Source: Clostridia bacterium (lineage in GTDB: Bacteria > Bacillota > Peptococcia > DRI-13 > UBA5745). Taken from it: a stretch of 64,000 nt of DNA. Where the stretch lies: the NCBI GenBank assembly GCA_018436095.1, contig JAHDMJ010000008.1:230518-294517 (forward strand). The letters run 5' to 3'. The notes under the pieces were generated by a model. The model searched no databases. It had not been told where the DNA came from and saw nothing but the letters and a program-made list of their open reading frames with translations. A program made the position numbers and the translations under genes. Of the stretch, positions 24,264 through 34,134 are shown in pieces (the first letter of the stretch is position 1; each line of letters starts with the position of its first letter).

Positions 24264-26699
24264 ATGAGAGTATCCTGGAAATGGTTAAAAGAACTGGTTG
24301 ATATAGATATAACCCCGGAGGAAGGGGCGGCTGTGCTGACTAAGGCCGGCCTGGAGGTAGAGGGTGTAGAATACCTGGATAAAGGCGTGAAAAATGTGGT
24401 CACCGGCCGTATCCTGGAAGTGGAGCCCCATCCCCAGGCGGACAAGCTGGTGGTGACCAAAGTAGACGCCGGTTTGGAAAAGCCTCTTACCATCGTAACG
24501 GGAGCCCCTAATGTCAAGGCGGGCCAATGCGTGCCGGTGGCTTTGATAGGAGCCAAGCTGCCCAATGACAATCATCCGGAAATCCTGCTGTCTCAGTTGA
24601 GGGGCGTCTGGTCCGAGGGCATGATGTGCGGCGCCGATGAAATCGGCCTGGATGTCGGCAAACTTTCCCCGGAGGAAAAAGAGGGCTTGTATCCTCTGCC
24701 GGCGGATACGGAGCCGGGCCAGCCCATTGTGGAATTTCTGGGTCTGGACGACGTGGTGCTGGAGTTGGGTCTGACCCCTAACCGGGCGGATTGCATGGGC
24801 ATGATCAACGTGGCCAGGGAATTGGCAGCCCTTACCGGCTGTAGGCTGACTTTGCCTGCCATCACCCCCTCTGAGCCCGGCGGTGAGTGCGCCCGGCTTG
24901 CTTCCATAGAAGTGGAGGAAGGAGACGCTTTGTGTTACCGCTTTGGCGGCCGCATGGTCAAGGACGTAAAGGTAGGGCCTTCCCCCCAATGGATGAGACA
25001 GCGGCTGATGGCCATGGGCATGCGTTCCATCAATAATCTGGTGGATATTTCCAATATTGTCATGCTGGAAATGAACCGTCCTTTGCATTTCTTCGATTTT
25101 GATAAATTAGAAGGCAAAGGCTTATGGATCCGCCGGGCCAAGGCAGGGGAGACCATGGAGACTCTGGACGGCCAATTGCGCCAGCTTACGGAGACCATGA
25201 CTATGGTAACGGATCAGGCAGGCCCTGTAGCTATAGCCGGCATCATGGGCGGCGCCCGCACCGAGGTGACGGCTGCCACCGATAAAATCCTTATTGAAGC
25301 TGCCTGCTGGAACGGTCCCAAAACCAGGAAAACCGCTCAAGCCCTGGCCTTGCGTTCAGAAGCTGCCCAGCGCTTTGAAAAAGAAGTGGATATTCAGGAA
25401 ACCATCGCCGTTATAGACCGGGCCGTACAGTTAATTGAAGCCTGCCAGGCAGGAGTTGCCGTGCCCGGACATATCGACGTTTACCCCAAGCCCCAGGAGT
25501 TGCCCCAAACCCGGGTCAGCCTCTCCCGTATCAATTGGCTTTTGGGTATAGAGGTGACGAAGGAGGAGGCCGCCGCCATTTGGCAAGCTCTGCAAATCAA
25601 AGTAATTAAAGAAGAAGGCGATGGTTGGCTGCTGGAAGCCCCCTCCTGGCGGAAGGATTTGCGGATCGAAGAGGATTATGTAGAAGAAATCGTGCGCCTC
25701 TATGGCTATGATAAGCTGGCGGCTACTTTGCCGGCGGGATCCGCCACTCAGGGCTACCGGCTGCCGGGCCACCAGCTGCGCCGCCGTTTAAGCCAGACCA
25801 TGATCGGCTTAGGCTACCGGGAAGTCATCAATTACAGCTTCATCAATCCGATCAATCTGGACCGGCTGCAAGTGCCCCAGGAGCATCCCTGGCGGCAAGC
25901 GGTGCCTTTAATGAATCCTTTGTCCGAGGAGCAGGGTATCCTGCGGACCACCGTATTGCCCAGCATGATTCAGCGGGCGGTATTTAATATCAACCGGCGT
26001 AACCGGGATCTGCAGCTTTTTGAGATGGGCAAGGTTTATCTGGCCAAAAAAGGCAATGGCCAACCGGAAGAACGCTGGACCCTGGCCGCCCTTTGCACCG
26101 GCGTCAGCCCCAAAACCTGGCTGGCCCCGGAAAGCCCTCTGGATTTCTATAGTTTAAAAGGCGCGGTGGAAACCCTGCTGGCCGCCGCCGGCGCCGGCAA
26201 TCCCCGTTTTGAAAGAGCTCAGGATATTCCCGGCCTCCATCCAGGCCGTAGCGCCCGGATTTTCTGCGGCAATAGGCAATTAGGCTATATCGGCGAAGTG
26301 GACCCCAAGGTGGCGGCGGTTTTTGAAGCGGATCAGCGCCTTAGCGTTGCTTCCCTCGATGTGGAAGAGCTGTTGGCTGCCTCGATCCAAAAAGAATACC
26401 GGCCCCTGGGCAAATATCCGGAAATGACCCGGGATCTGGCCGTGGCTTTACCGAAAGAAGTAGCCGCGGCAGCGGTGGAGGAAAAAATTAAAGCTTGCGG
26501 CGGCAATCTGCTGCAGGATGTACAGCTTTTCGACGAATACCAGGGCAGCCAGTTAGGGGAAAATCAAAAGAGTTTGGCTTTTGCCTTGACCTGGCGCTCC
26601 GATGAACGTACACTGAAAGATGAAGAAATTCAAGTGTTGCACCAGGAGATCGAAAAAGAGCTGGCTACAGCCTTCGGCGGTATCATCCGGGGCAGATAA
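24264..26699 (+). CDS. pheT: phenylalanine--tRNA ligase beta subunit
   Basis: 811 aa. MRVSWKWLKELVD at the N-terminus, a tRNA-binding domain, and B3/4 and B5 domains. It follows pheS. Confidence 0.95.
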   Translation: MRVSWKWLKELVDIDITPEEGAAVLTKAGLEVEGVEYLDKGVKNVVTGRILEVEPHPQADKLVVTKVDAGLEKPLTIVTGAPNVKAGQCVPVALIGAKLPNDNHPEILLSQLRGVWSEGMMCGADEIGLDVGKLSPEEKEGLYPLPADTEPGQPIVEFLGLDDVVLELGLTPNRADCMGMINVARELAALTGCRLTLPAITPSEPGGECARLASIEVEEGDALCYRFGGRMVKDVKVGPSPQWMRQRLMAMGMRSINNLVDISNIVMLEMNRPLHFFDFDKLEGKGLWIRRAKAGETMETLDGQLRQLTETMTMVTDQAGPVAIAGIMGGARTEVTAATDKILIEAACWNGPKTRKTAQALALRSEAAQRFEKEVDIQETIAVIDRAVQLIEACQAGVAVPGHIDVYPKPQELPQTRVSLSRINWLLGIEVTKEEAAAIWQALQIKVIKEEGDGWLLEAPSWRKDLRIEEDYVEEIVRLYGYDKLAATLPAGSATQGYRLPGHQLRRRLSQTMIGLGYREVINYSFINPINLDRLQVPQEHPWRQAVPLMNPLSEEQGILRTTVLPSMIQRAVFNINRRNRDLQLFEMGKVYLAKKGNGQPEERWTLAALCTGVSPKTWLAPESPLDFYSLKGAVETLLAAAGAGNPRFERAQDIPGLHPGRSARIFCGNRQLGYIGEVDPKVAAVFEADQRLSVASLDVEELLAASIQKEYRPLGKYPEMTRDLAVALPKEVAAAAVEEKIKACGGNLLQDVQLFDEYQGSQLGENQKSLAFALTWRSDERTLKDEEIQVLHQEIEKELATAFGGIIRGR

Positions 26700-26724
26700 C
26701 TTGGGGATAAAGGAGTGAAAGAAT

Positions 26725-26976
26725 ATGCCTCAGAATCAGAACCGCATGCAGGTAAAGTTTTTGGGAGAGACTTTCACGGTAAAAGGAGCCGCTACTAAGG
26801 AAGAAATCAAGAAAACCAGCGACTATCTCAATGAGCAGTTGGAGTACCTGCATAAGCGCTGCCCCATGCTGACCCAAAAGAACCTGGCTATTTTGACGGC
26901 CTTTAATTTGGCCGATGAGCTTTTGCGGGTAAAACGGGATTACGAGGAATTGGTTGCTATTTTGGATAAGCAATAA
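26725..26976 (+). CDS. zapA: cell division protein ZapA
   Basis: 83-aa ZapA-like sequence (VKFLGETFTVKG...LAILTAFNLADELL). Its position after pheT matches Bacillus synteny. Confidence 0.8.
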   Translation: MPQNQNRMQVKFLGETFTVKGAATKEEIKKTSDYLNEQLEYLHKRCPMLTQKNLAILTAFNLADELLRVKRDYEELVAILDKQ

Positions 26977-27004
26977 CCGGCGGGAAGCCGCCTACAGGAG
27001 AAAT

Positions 27005-29434
27005 ATGGGACAAGATCGCCAACGGCCGGAGCTTTTAGCTCCGGCCGGCAGCCCCGAGGCTTTCATTGCCGCCGTGGAAAACGGCGCCGATGCTGTCTAT
27101 TTAGGGGGCAAAATTTTTAACGCCCGGCATTTTGCTAAGAATTTTGAGGCCGAAGAAATCCGCCGCCTTACCCGTTATGCTCATTTGCACGGCGTCAGGG
27201 TTTATATCACCCTCAATATTTTAGTGTTTGACCGGGAGCTGCCTCAGGCCTTGGACTATGCCTATAGTTTGGCTTTGGACGGGGTGGACGGCGTTATCGT
27301 TCAGGATCCGGGGTTTTTGGCTGTCCTGGGCCGGCTCTTTACCGATAGGCCCGAGGTGCACGCCAGTACCCAAATGACTTTGATGAATAGCTGGGGCGTG
27401 GCTTTTGCCCAGCGGCTGGGGGCCAGCCGGGTGGTGCTGGCCAGAGAGGTTTCTTTAGCCAACATCCGCCGCATCAAAGCAAAGAATCCGATGACATTAG
27501 AAGCTTTTGGCCACGGGGCTTTATGCACCGCCTGGTCCGGCCAGTGCCTGTTCAGCAGCATGGTTGGAGGCCGCAGCGGCAACCGGGGCCAGTGCGCCCA
27601 GCCCTGCCGGCTGCCTTATCAACTGCTCAGAGGCCGGGAAAGAGTAGCAGGGCTAGCAGGAGAAGAAGAATATTTACTATCAACTAAGGATTTGCGGACC
27701 CTGGAGTTTCTGGAAGAGATGGCAGAAGCCGGCGTCAGTTCTTATAAGCTGGAAGGCCGGATGAAGCAGCCGGAATATGTGGCCATGGTCATTCGCCAGT
27801 ACCATGAGCAGCTAGTGCGGAATCAAGAAGAGCAGGATCGGAGCCAGGAAACCCGCCAAGGCAGGGAGCCGGGTCAAAAGCGGCGGCTGGATATCCTGAG
27901 CCGTTGCTTCAACAGAGGCTTCACCGGCGGCTATTACCGCCAAGCCCCCGGCCCCCATTTGATGGGCCGGGACAAGCCCAATAACCGAGGCGAAGTTGAC
28001 GAAGGGTTGCTCCAGGAAGCCAGGGACAGCTTTCATCAGCCCGGCCTGCGCCGCCGTTTGCCCATTGCTATGAGTGTAAGGGCCTTTGCCGGTGAGCCGT
28101 TTTTTCTGAAAGCCAAGGATCAGGAGGGCCATGAAGTAATCGTCCAATCCTCAGGCAATTGCGAAAGAGCCGCCGGGGCCGGGATAAATGAGGAAAGGCT
28201 GCGGTCCCAGCTAGACCGTTTAGGCAATACGGTATTTTCTTTGGCGGAGCTAACCGTTGATACCGACGGCCAGGCTTTCCTTCCGGCCAGCTTGCTGAAC
28301 CAATTGCGGCGGCAGCTAATTGAAGCGCTGGAGGAAGCCCGGCTCAAGCCCTATCAATTAACAACGTCAGAAAAAGAAGGGCTGCAGCAGCGCTATCAGG
28401 AGCTATGCCGCAGTCTGTCTGCTGTGACGGTTGAAGATTCCGGCCAGACTAACCATAACCGGCCGGAGCAAAAATCTTCAGATAGCCGGCAGCAGGAAGA
28501 AATCTTGCCGGTGCTGACCATCAGCGTAGGCAGCCCGGAAGCTTTGACGGCAGCTTTGGGCGCTGGCCTGAAAGAAATATATATAGACGGCGTCTTTTTT
28601 GGCGGCAAAAGCCAAAAAGGCCGTCTGGAGGCTATAGAAAAAGCAGGCCGCGCTTGTGCCGCCGCCGGTGTTTCCTGGCAGTACCGGATTCCCCGGTTTA
28701 TTCAGGAGGACCAGGCTGCTAAAGAGAAGGAAGCCTGCCTGACAGCCAAGGCCTGCGGCGCTGCCGGCTTTGCGGCAGCCAACCCCGGCGCTATCATCAT
28801 GGCTGAGGAATGGGCTTTGCCTCTGCTCACCATGGACTGGCCCTTAAACGTTTGCAACAGCTTAACGGCGGAATTGCTTAAAAGCTATGGGCCCGAAAGA
28901 ATTTGTCTTTCGCCGGAATTGACATTGACTCAAATCAAGGAGATGAGCCTGGCAGGCTGCCAAAAAGAAGCCGTAGTTCACGGGCGGCTGCCTTTAATGA
29001 TCCTTGAACACTGTTTGCCGGGAACTTTAATTGAGGGCAAAACAGGCAAGCTTTGCTCAAGATGGGACGGTCCGGGGGAGAAACCCTGCCTGCAGGGGGA
29101 CTATTTTTTAGAGGACCGTTTAGGGCTGCAATTCCCGGTGAAAACAGACCGGGACTGCCGTAATTGGCTGTTTAATGCGAAAACTCATAGCCTGCTTGAA
29201 CATTTGTTTGCCTTAGGCCGGGCAGGCGTCAGCCATTGGCGGATTGAGGCAGCGGACCAAAGCCCCCAATGGATTGCCGCAGTGGCGGATATCTACCGGC
29301 AAACCATTGCCGCCATGGCCAGAGGAGAAAACGGTAAAGCCGTGGCCAAAAGCTACCGGCCCCCTCTCCAGGAATTGGCGCCTCAGGGATATACCACGGG
29401 CCACTATTTTCGAGGTTTGGCCGAGGAGGTTTAA
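27005..29434 (+). CDS. U32-family peptidase-like protein (long form)
   Basis: PELLAPAGSPEAFIAAVENGADAVYLGG and E.F.HGALC...GQC..S are U32 signatures. The ATG at 27005 avoids overlap with zapA. Confidence 0.8.
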   Translation: MGQDRQRPELLAPAGSPEAFIAAVENGADAVYLGGKIFNARHFAKNFEAEEIRRLTRYAHLHGVRVYITLNILVFDRELPQALDYAYSLALDGVDGVIVQDPGFLAVLGRLFTDRPEVHASTQMTLMNSWGVAFAQRLGASRVVLAREVSLANIRRIKAKNPMTLEAFGHGALCTAWSGQCLFSSMVGGRSGNRGQCAQPCRLPYQLLRGRERVAGLAGEEEYLLSTKDLRTLEFLEEMAEAGVSSYKLEGRMKQPEYVAMVIRQYHEQLVRNQEEQDRSQETRQGREPGQKRRLDILSRCFNRGFTGGYYRQAPGPHLMGRDKPNNRGEVDEGLLQEARDSFHQPGLRRRLPIAMSVRAFAGEPFFLKAKDQEGHEVIVQSSGNCERAAGAGINEERLRSQLDRLGNTVFSLAELTVDTDGQAFLPASLLNQLRRQLIEALEEARLKPYQLTTSEKEGLQQRYQELCRSLSAVTVEDSGQTNHNRPEQKSSDSRQQEEILPVLTISVGSPEALTAALGAGLKEIYIDGVFFGGKSQKGRLEAIEKAGRACAAAGVSWQYRIPRFIQEDQAAKEKEACLTAKACGAAGFAAANPGAIIMAEEWALPLLTMDWPLNVCNSLTAELLKSYGPERICLSPELTLTQIKEMSLAGCQKEAVVHGRLPLMILEHCLPGTLIEGKTGKLCSRWDGPGEKPCLQGDYFLEDRLGLQFPVKTDRDCRNWLFNAKTHSLLEHLFALGRAGVSHWRIEAADQSPQWIAAVADIYRQTIAAMARGENGKAVAKSYRPPLQELAPQGYTTGHYFRGLAEEV

Positions 29435-29435
29435 C

Positions 29436-30320
29436 ATGCTGTTTTATACGCAAAAACAACCTGAGCCTATTGTTATCGTGGTGATCATTTGCCGCTATCA
29501 GGGTAAATGGCTGCTGGTCAGGCATAAAGAAAGAAATACCTATGAATTTCCCGGCGGTCATGTGGAGCCGGGGGAAAGTCCCGAAGGGGCGGCCCGGCGG
29601 GAATTGTATGAAGAAAGCGGCGCTGCGGAATTTCATTTGTGGCCCGTTACGTCTTATGGAGTTTTAAACGGCTATAAAGCCGCTTACGGCATGCTTTATT
29701 TTGCTCATATTGAAAGCTTCGGGGAACTGCCACCTTACGAAATGGCAGAGCGCCGCTTTATTACGGAGCTGCCCGATAATTTGACCTATGCCGCTATTCA
29801 GCCAAAGCTATTGCAAAGAGTGGAAAGATGGCTGATCAATAACCGGACACTACTTTATGTGGTGTGCTATGGAGAAGAAAATCCTCAGCCGGGAGGCTTT
29901 AGCCGGATATTGGCGGATTGCCATTTGGACCGTATTTATTGCGGTTCCGGCCAAGGGATAAAAAAAGTTATGGAGGCTCTGGCCAGAGACCGGGGACTGC
30001 CCCTGCTGGCGGCAGACTGGCTATCGCCGGCAGAGTTTAGAGATCAGGTTCAGGAAGCGGGTTCGGAGGAGCATAAAGAAGGGCCGCCCCCAAAGGAGGA
30101 GTTGCTGAAGCAGCAATTGGCGGAACTGATCAAAAAAGAAGAAAAGCATTCAGTGGCAATAAGTTTAAAAGATTCTCTTGCGGAGAAGGTCTTCAATCAG
30201 GGAACGGCCTATGATTTTAACCAGGATGGCTTGAGGCAAGGTCAACCCCGGGTTTTGCGATTGGAGTTTATTGACGGCATTTTGATTGGAGAGCAAGTTT
30301 TATGGAAGAAAAGGTTTTAG
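29436..30320 (+). CDS. NUDIX hydrolase with ~150-aa uncharacterised C-terminal extension
   Basis: Nudix box GGHVEPGESPEGAARRELYEESG. The ATG at 29436 lies 1 nt after the U32 stop. The track's upstream extension overlaps U32 and is rejected. Confidence 0.7.
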   Translation: MLFYTQKQPEPIVIVVIICRYQGKWLLVRHKERNTYEFPGGHVEPGESPEGAARRELYEESGAAEFHLWPVTSYGVLNGYKAAYGMLYFAHIESFGELPPYEMAERRFITELPDNLTYAAIQPKLLQRVERWLINNRTLLYVVCYGEENPQPGGFSRILADCHLDRIYCGSGQGIKKVMEALARDRGLPLLAADWLSPAEFRDQVQEAGSEEHKEGPPPKEELLKQQLAELIKKEEKHSVAISLKDSLAEKVFNQGTAYDFNQDGLRQGQPRVLRLEFIDGILIGEQVLWKKRF

Positions 30321-32671
30321 CAAAATTAGAATATCCGCAGATCATTACTATGCTGCGGGAGTCTGCCGCTACCATTACCGGCAAGGAACGGGCCCAAGAG
30401 CTTCTGCCCATGCAAAGCTTGTATGAGATTAATTTGGCTCTTGAGGAAACCAGCCAGGCCAAGGAGCTGCAGCGGCTATATCCCACTTTTTCTCTGGGCG
30501 GCGTTCACGACTTGCGGGCCATGGAAAAACGGGCCTTGATGGGCGGCATTATTGACGGCCAGGAATTTTTGCAGCTTTTGGATACCTTGCGGGCATCCCA
30601 CCGGATCAGGGATTTTTTGAAAGAACCGGAGCTGCCTTTTCCGGCTTTAAAAGAGATGGCCTATGGCCTTCATCCCCTGCCTCATTTGGAGAGCGCCATC
30701 AGCCGCACCATTACCAATGAGGGAGAGGTGGCGGATAAAGCCACTCCTGAGTTAGCCAGGTTACGGGCAAAGCTCCGTTCCCTGCAGGGTAAAGCCCGGG
30801 AGAAGCTGGAGGCGATGATCCGCAATCCGGATATTGCCAAATATCTGCAGGATCCCATCGTATCGATCAGGGGCGACCGGTACGTTTTGCCCGTCAGGCT
30901 GGAATACCGCCAGCAGATACCGGGCATTATCCACGACCAGTCCGGCAGCGGCGCTACAATTTTTGTGGAGCCCATACAGGTGGTGGAAATCAACAATGAG
31001 ACGCAAACCTGCGAGATAGAAGAGAGGGCAGAGGTGACGCGAATTCTGCGGCAGTTGACGGAGCAGGTGAAGTCCTGCGGCGATCAACTGGCAGATATAC
31101 GGGAAAGCTTGACCCAGCTTGATTTTGCCATGGCCAAAGGTAAACTCAGCGCCAGCCGGGATTGGGGCCGTCCTGTGATGAATGAGGAAGGGCGGATTGC
31201 CTTGAAGCAGGCCCGCCATCCCCTGATTGCCGGCAAGGTAGTACCGGTAACCGTAGAGCTGGGCCGGGATTTTGACGCTATTATCGTCACCGGCCCCAAC
31301 ACGGGAGGCAAAACGGTACTGCTCAAAACCATCGGTCTGCTGACGCTGATGGCCCAGGCGGGCCTCCACGTGCCGGCAGAAACCGGTACGGAGATGGCGG
31401 TGTTTCGGCAGGTTTTTGCCGATATCGGCGATGAACAAAGTATCGAGCAGTCTTTAAGTACTTTCTCCTCCCATATGATGAACATTATTGCCATCACCGC
31501 CAAAGCCCGGCGGGGCAGCCTGGTGCTTTTGGATGAGCTGGGAGCCGGCACCGATCCGGCAGAAGGCGCGGCCTTGGCTATGGCAATCATCGAGGACCTT
31601 CTCAATAAAGAGGCGAAGCTGGTGGCCACCACTCATTACAGCGAGCTGAAAAGCTTTGCTTCCGGCCGGGAACGGGTGGAAAATGCCAGCGTGGAGTTTG
31701 ATGTGGAGACTTTGCGGCCTACCTACCGTCTGATGATGGGCATTCCCGGCCGCAGCAATGCCTTCGATATATCGCTGCGTCTGGGTCTGGATCCGGCTAT
31801 TGTGGAAGGAGCGAAGGCTTTCCAGTCAAAAGAAGAGGCCCGGACGGCCAATCTGATCCGGGATTTGGAGACCAACCAGATTCTGACGGAAAAGGAGCGG
31901 CAGGAAGCGGCGGATATGAGGAAGCAGGCGGCGGATATGCTGGCCTGGCTACAGAAAAAAGAAGAGGATACGAAAAAGCGGGCGGCTCAAGCTTTGGAAA
32001 AAGCCCAGGAAGAGGCTTTAGAATTAGTGACCCAGGCCCGCAAGGAAAGCGAAAGCTTATTAAAAGAAATCCGGGAAATGCAAAAGCTGGGCTTTAAAGC
32101 CATGGACGAGCAGGCCGCCCAGAAAGCCAGGGAGAAGCTGCGGCAGCAGGAAGGCCGTCTCTACGATAATTTAGAGGCCCGGGGACCGAAAAACGAACAT
32201 TTAGCAGCGGAACTGGAGCCGGGAGATCTGGTATATCTGCGGAAGCTGCGGCAAAAGGGCCAGGTGCTGGCCAAGGCCAACAGCCAGGGCGAAGTGCTGG
32301 TCCAAGCCGGCATTATGAAGCTGACGGTGAAAGCAAAAGATTTAGAGCCTCTGATGGAAGATAAGATTGAAGAGGTGAAAGGAAAAACCGGCGCCGGCGC
32401 CCTGGGGGCAGCCAAGGCTAAAAGCATCAGTACGGAATTGGACCTGCGGGGCAAGCTGGTGGACGAAGCCATCGAAGAGGTAGAAAAATATCTTGACGAT
32501 GCTTATCTGGCGGGCCTTGGCCAAATCAGCATCATTCACGGCAAAGGTACCGGCGCTTTGCGCAAAGCCATCCGGGATCTGGTGTCGAAGCATCCTTTCG
32601 TGGCCGGGGCCCGGCAAGGGGCGCATAATGAAGGCGGCGACGGGGTAACGGTGATTACGATCAAGAAGTGA
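30302..32671 (+). CDS. mutS2: endonuclease MutS2
   Basis: Walker A GPNTGGKT, DELGAGTDP, a long coiled coil and a C-terminal Smr domain (LDLRG...IIHGKGTGALR). Confidence 0.9.
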   Translation: MEEKVLAKLEYPQIITMLRESAATITGKERAQELLPMQSLYEINLALEETSQAKELQRLYPTFSLGGVHDLRAMEKRALMGGIIDGQEFLQLLDTLRASHRIRDFLKEPELPFPALKEMAYGLHPLPHLESAISRTITNEGEVADKATPELARLRAKLRSLQGKAREKLEAMIRNPDIAKYLQDPIVSIRGDRYVLPVRLEYRQQIPGIIHDQSGSGATIFVEPIQVVEINNETQTCEIEERAEVTRILRQLTEQVKSCGDQLADIRESLTQLDFAMAKGKLSASRDWGRPVMNEEGRIALKQARHPLIAGKVVPVTVELGRDFDAIIVTGPNTGGKTVLLKTIGLLTLMAQAGLHVPAETGTEMAVFRQVFADIGDEQSIEQSLSTFSSHMMNIIAITAKARRGSLVLLDELGAGTDPAEGAALAMAIIEDLLNKEAKLVATTHYSELKSFASGRERVENASVEFDVETLRPTYRLMMGIPGRSNAFDISLRLGLDPAIVEGAKAFQSKEEARTANLIRDLETNQILTEKERQEAADMRKQAADMLAWLQKKEEDTKKRAAQALEKAQEEALELVTQARKESESLLKEIREMQKLGFKAMDEQAAQKAREKLRQQEGRLYDNLEARGPKNEHLAAELEPGDLVYLRKLRQKGQVLAKANSQGEVLVQAGIMKLTVKAKDLEPLMEDKIEEVKGKTGAGALGAAKAKSISTELDLRGKLVDEAIEEVEKYLDDAYLAGLGQISIIHGKGTGALRKAIRDLVSKHPFVAGARQGAHNEGGDGVTVITIKK

Positions 32672-32714
32672 GGGGTTGTGCTATTCTTTTAGTAGATTAG
32701 GGGGCAAACGGATA

Positions 32715-33447
32715 TGACGAAGAAAAAAATAATGACATTACAATCCGCAGCTCTGCTGCCGAATATCTGACTTTCATTGCATCGACGGGAGATAGCCAGG
32801 ATAGCTTCGAAATGCGTTACGAGGATGAAAATATCTGGCTGACGCAGAAGATGATGGCGACCTTATATGATGTGTCCGTGCCCGCAATTAATCAACATAT
32901 AAAGAAAATCTTTGAAGATGGCGAGTTGATATCTACGGCAGTTATTAAGGATTACTTAATAACTGCCGTAGACGGCAAACAGTACAATACAAAACATTAC
33001 AATCTACAAATGATTATCGCAGTGGGCTTCAAAGTGAATTCTGATCGCTCTGTGCAATTTCGTAAATGGGCGGGCCAAATTGTAAAGGATTATACGATTC
33101 AAGGGTGGACCATGGATGTGGGCCGCTTGAAAAACGGACATATGTTTACTGATGAATATTTTGACCGTCAACTCGAATACATCCGAGAAATACGCCTGTC
33201 GGAGCGCAAGTTCTATCAGAAAATTATGATGCATTTGTGCCAAGACATAAGTTCAAAAAGTTATATGCCAGTTGTTGTCACAAATAAGCATGTAGTTAAT
33301 AATAGTAGCAAGTGTATATTTGATTTTTGCAAAGCTGACAAATTGGGCAATCCCCTTGATAGGGAGAACTTCATTATTCCTGTATTAATAGTCAGGGTTA
33401 AGGCAATGAAACCGGAGCGAAATTATCTGCTCCGATTTTATTTTTAA
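32715..33447 (+). pseudogene. RhuM-family protein remnant (frameshifted at an A-run and C-terminally truncated)
   Basis: AAEYLTFIASTG...RYEDENIWLTQKMMATLYDVSVPAINQHIKKIFEDGEL...IIAVGFKVNSDRSVQFRKWA is RhuM-like. The ATG at 32715 (MTKKK) is out of frame with the rest across AAAAAAA at 32723-32729. Similarity stops after ...ERKFYQKI. The region is AT-rich. Confidence 0.6.
33413..33445 (+). terminator. intrinsic terminator
   Basis: The stem CGGAGC (33413-33418) / GCTCCG (33429-33434) is followed by ATTTTATTTTT. Confidence 0.5.
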
Positions 33448-33451
33448 ATAA

Positions 33452-33467
33452 ATGACACCCTTGTCAT
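33452..33467. promoter_or_regulatory. perfect palindrome ATGACA-CCCT-TGTCAT, candidate TetR operator overlapping a -35-like TTGTCA
   Basis: Seen at 33452-33467, ~45 nt upstream of the TetR-family gene that heads the ABC exporter operon. Confidence 0.4.
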
Positions 33468-33510
33468 ATAGTCTTGTCCTATGGTAAGATAAGGCAAAGG
33501 GGGAAGCTTC

Positions 33511-34134
33511 ATGCCAACAGAAACTTTTCATCGCTTGCCGGCGGAAAAAAAGCAGCGAATATTCCAGGCGGCTGTCCGGGAGTTTGCCCGCTGCCGTTTT
33601 TCCGAGGCATCCATCAATCAGATTATTAAGCAAGCAGACATTCCCAGGGGCAGCTTTTATCAATATTTTGCCGGCAAAGAAGATTTATATCTTTATATAC
33701 TGCAAGAAATCAGCAAAGAAAAGCTTGATGTCTACAACCGTTTCACTGTCGCCGATAGCAGCCGGGGTTTTTTCGATGTGATGGAGGAGGCCATACACGC
33801 CATTTTTGCCTGGGCCGACGACAATGAGGATTACAATATGATCGGCCTGCGGATGGCTCAGGATGATTCTGATTTTATGCGGGAGACCATAAGAAAGATG
33901 GCAGGCTCCAAAAGCAGGATGATCACTATCATCGAACAGGATCAGAAAAAAGGCAAGATTAGGCAAGATGTGGAGGCAGAGGCCATATTGGAAATTATTC
34001 AGAATATTTCCTATCCTCTTATTCAGGAATATTACAGCTCCAAGAATCAAAAGGCGGCCATCGATAAAATCAAGATATATTTTGATATTCTTTTTCGGGG
34101 CCTTCAGGCAAAGCAGGAAGCGGGTGGTCATTGA
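33511..34134 (+). CDS. TetR-family transcriptional regulator
   Basis: The N-terminal HTH FQAAVREFARCRFSEASINQIIKQADIPRGSFYQYF is typical of TetR regulators. Confidence 0.85.
   Translation: MPTETFHRLPAEKKQRIFQAAVREFARCRFSEASINQIIKQADIPRGSFYQYFAGKEDLYLYILQEISKEKLDVYNRFTVADSSRGFFDVMEEAIHAIFAWADDNEDYNMIGLRMAQDDSDFMRETIRKMAGSKSRMITIIEQDQKKGKIRQDVEAEAILEIIQNISYPLIQEYYSSKNQKAAIDKIKIYFDILFRGLQAKQEAGGH

Noticed and set aside
24285-25088. 267-aa ORF on the minus strand inside pheT. Similar long antisense ORFs lie at 18171-18782, 20894-21442, 30761-31438, 42160-43110, 44224-44970 and 48519-49112.
   Set aside because: Each lies entirely antisense to a gene with unmistakable family motifs. The translations are low-complexity (Gly/Arg/His/Pro-rich), which is typical of open antisense frames in GC-rich coding DNA. 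None has a ribosome-binding site or a recognisable motif.
26954-27004. Upstream extension of the U32 ORF overlapping zapA, and the similar extension of the NUDIX ORF (29244-29435) overlapping U32
   Set aside because: The extensions lack homology and overlap well-supported genes. Internal ATGs with sensible spacing (27005 and 29436) give proteins that begin at the conserved N-termini.
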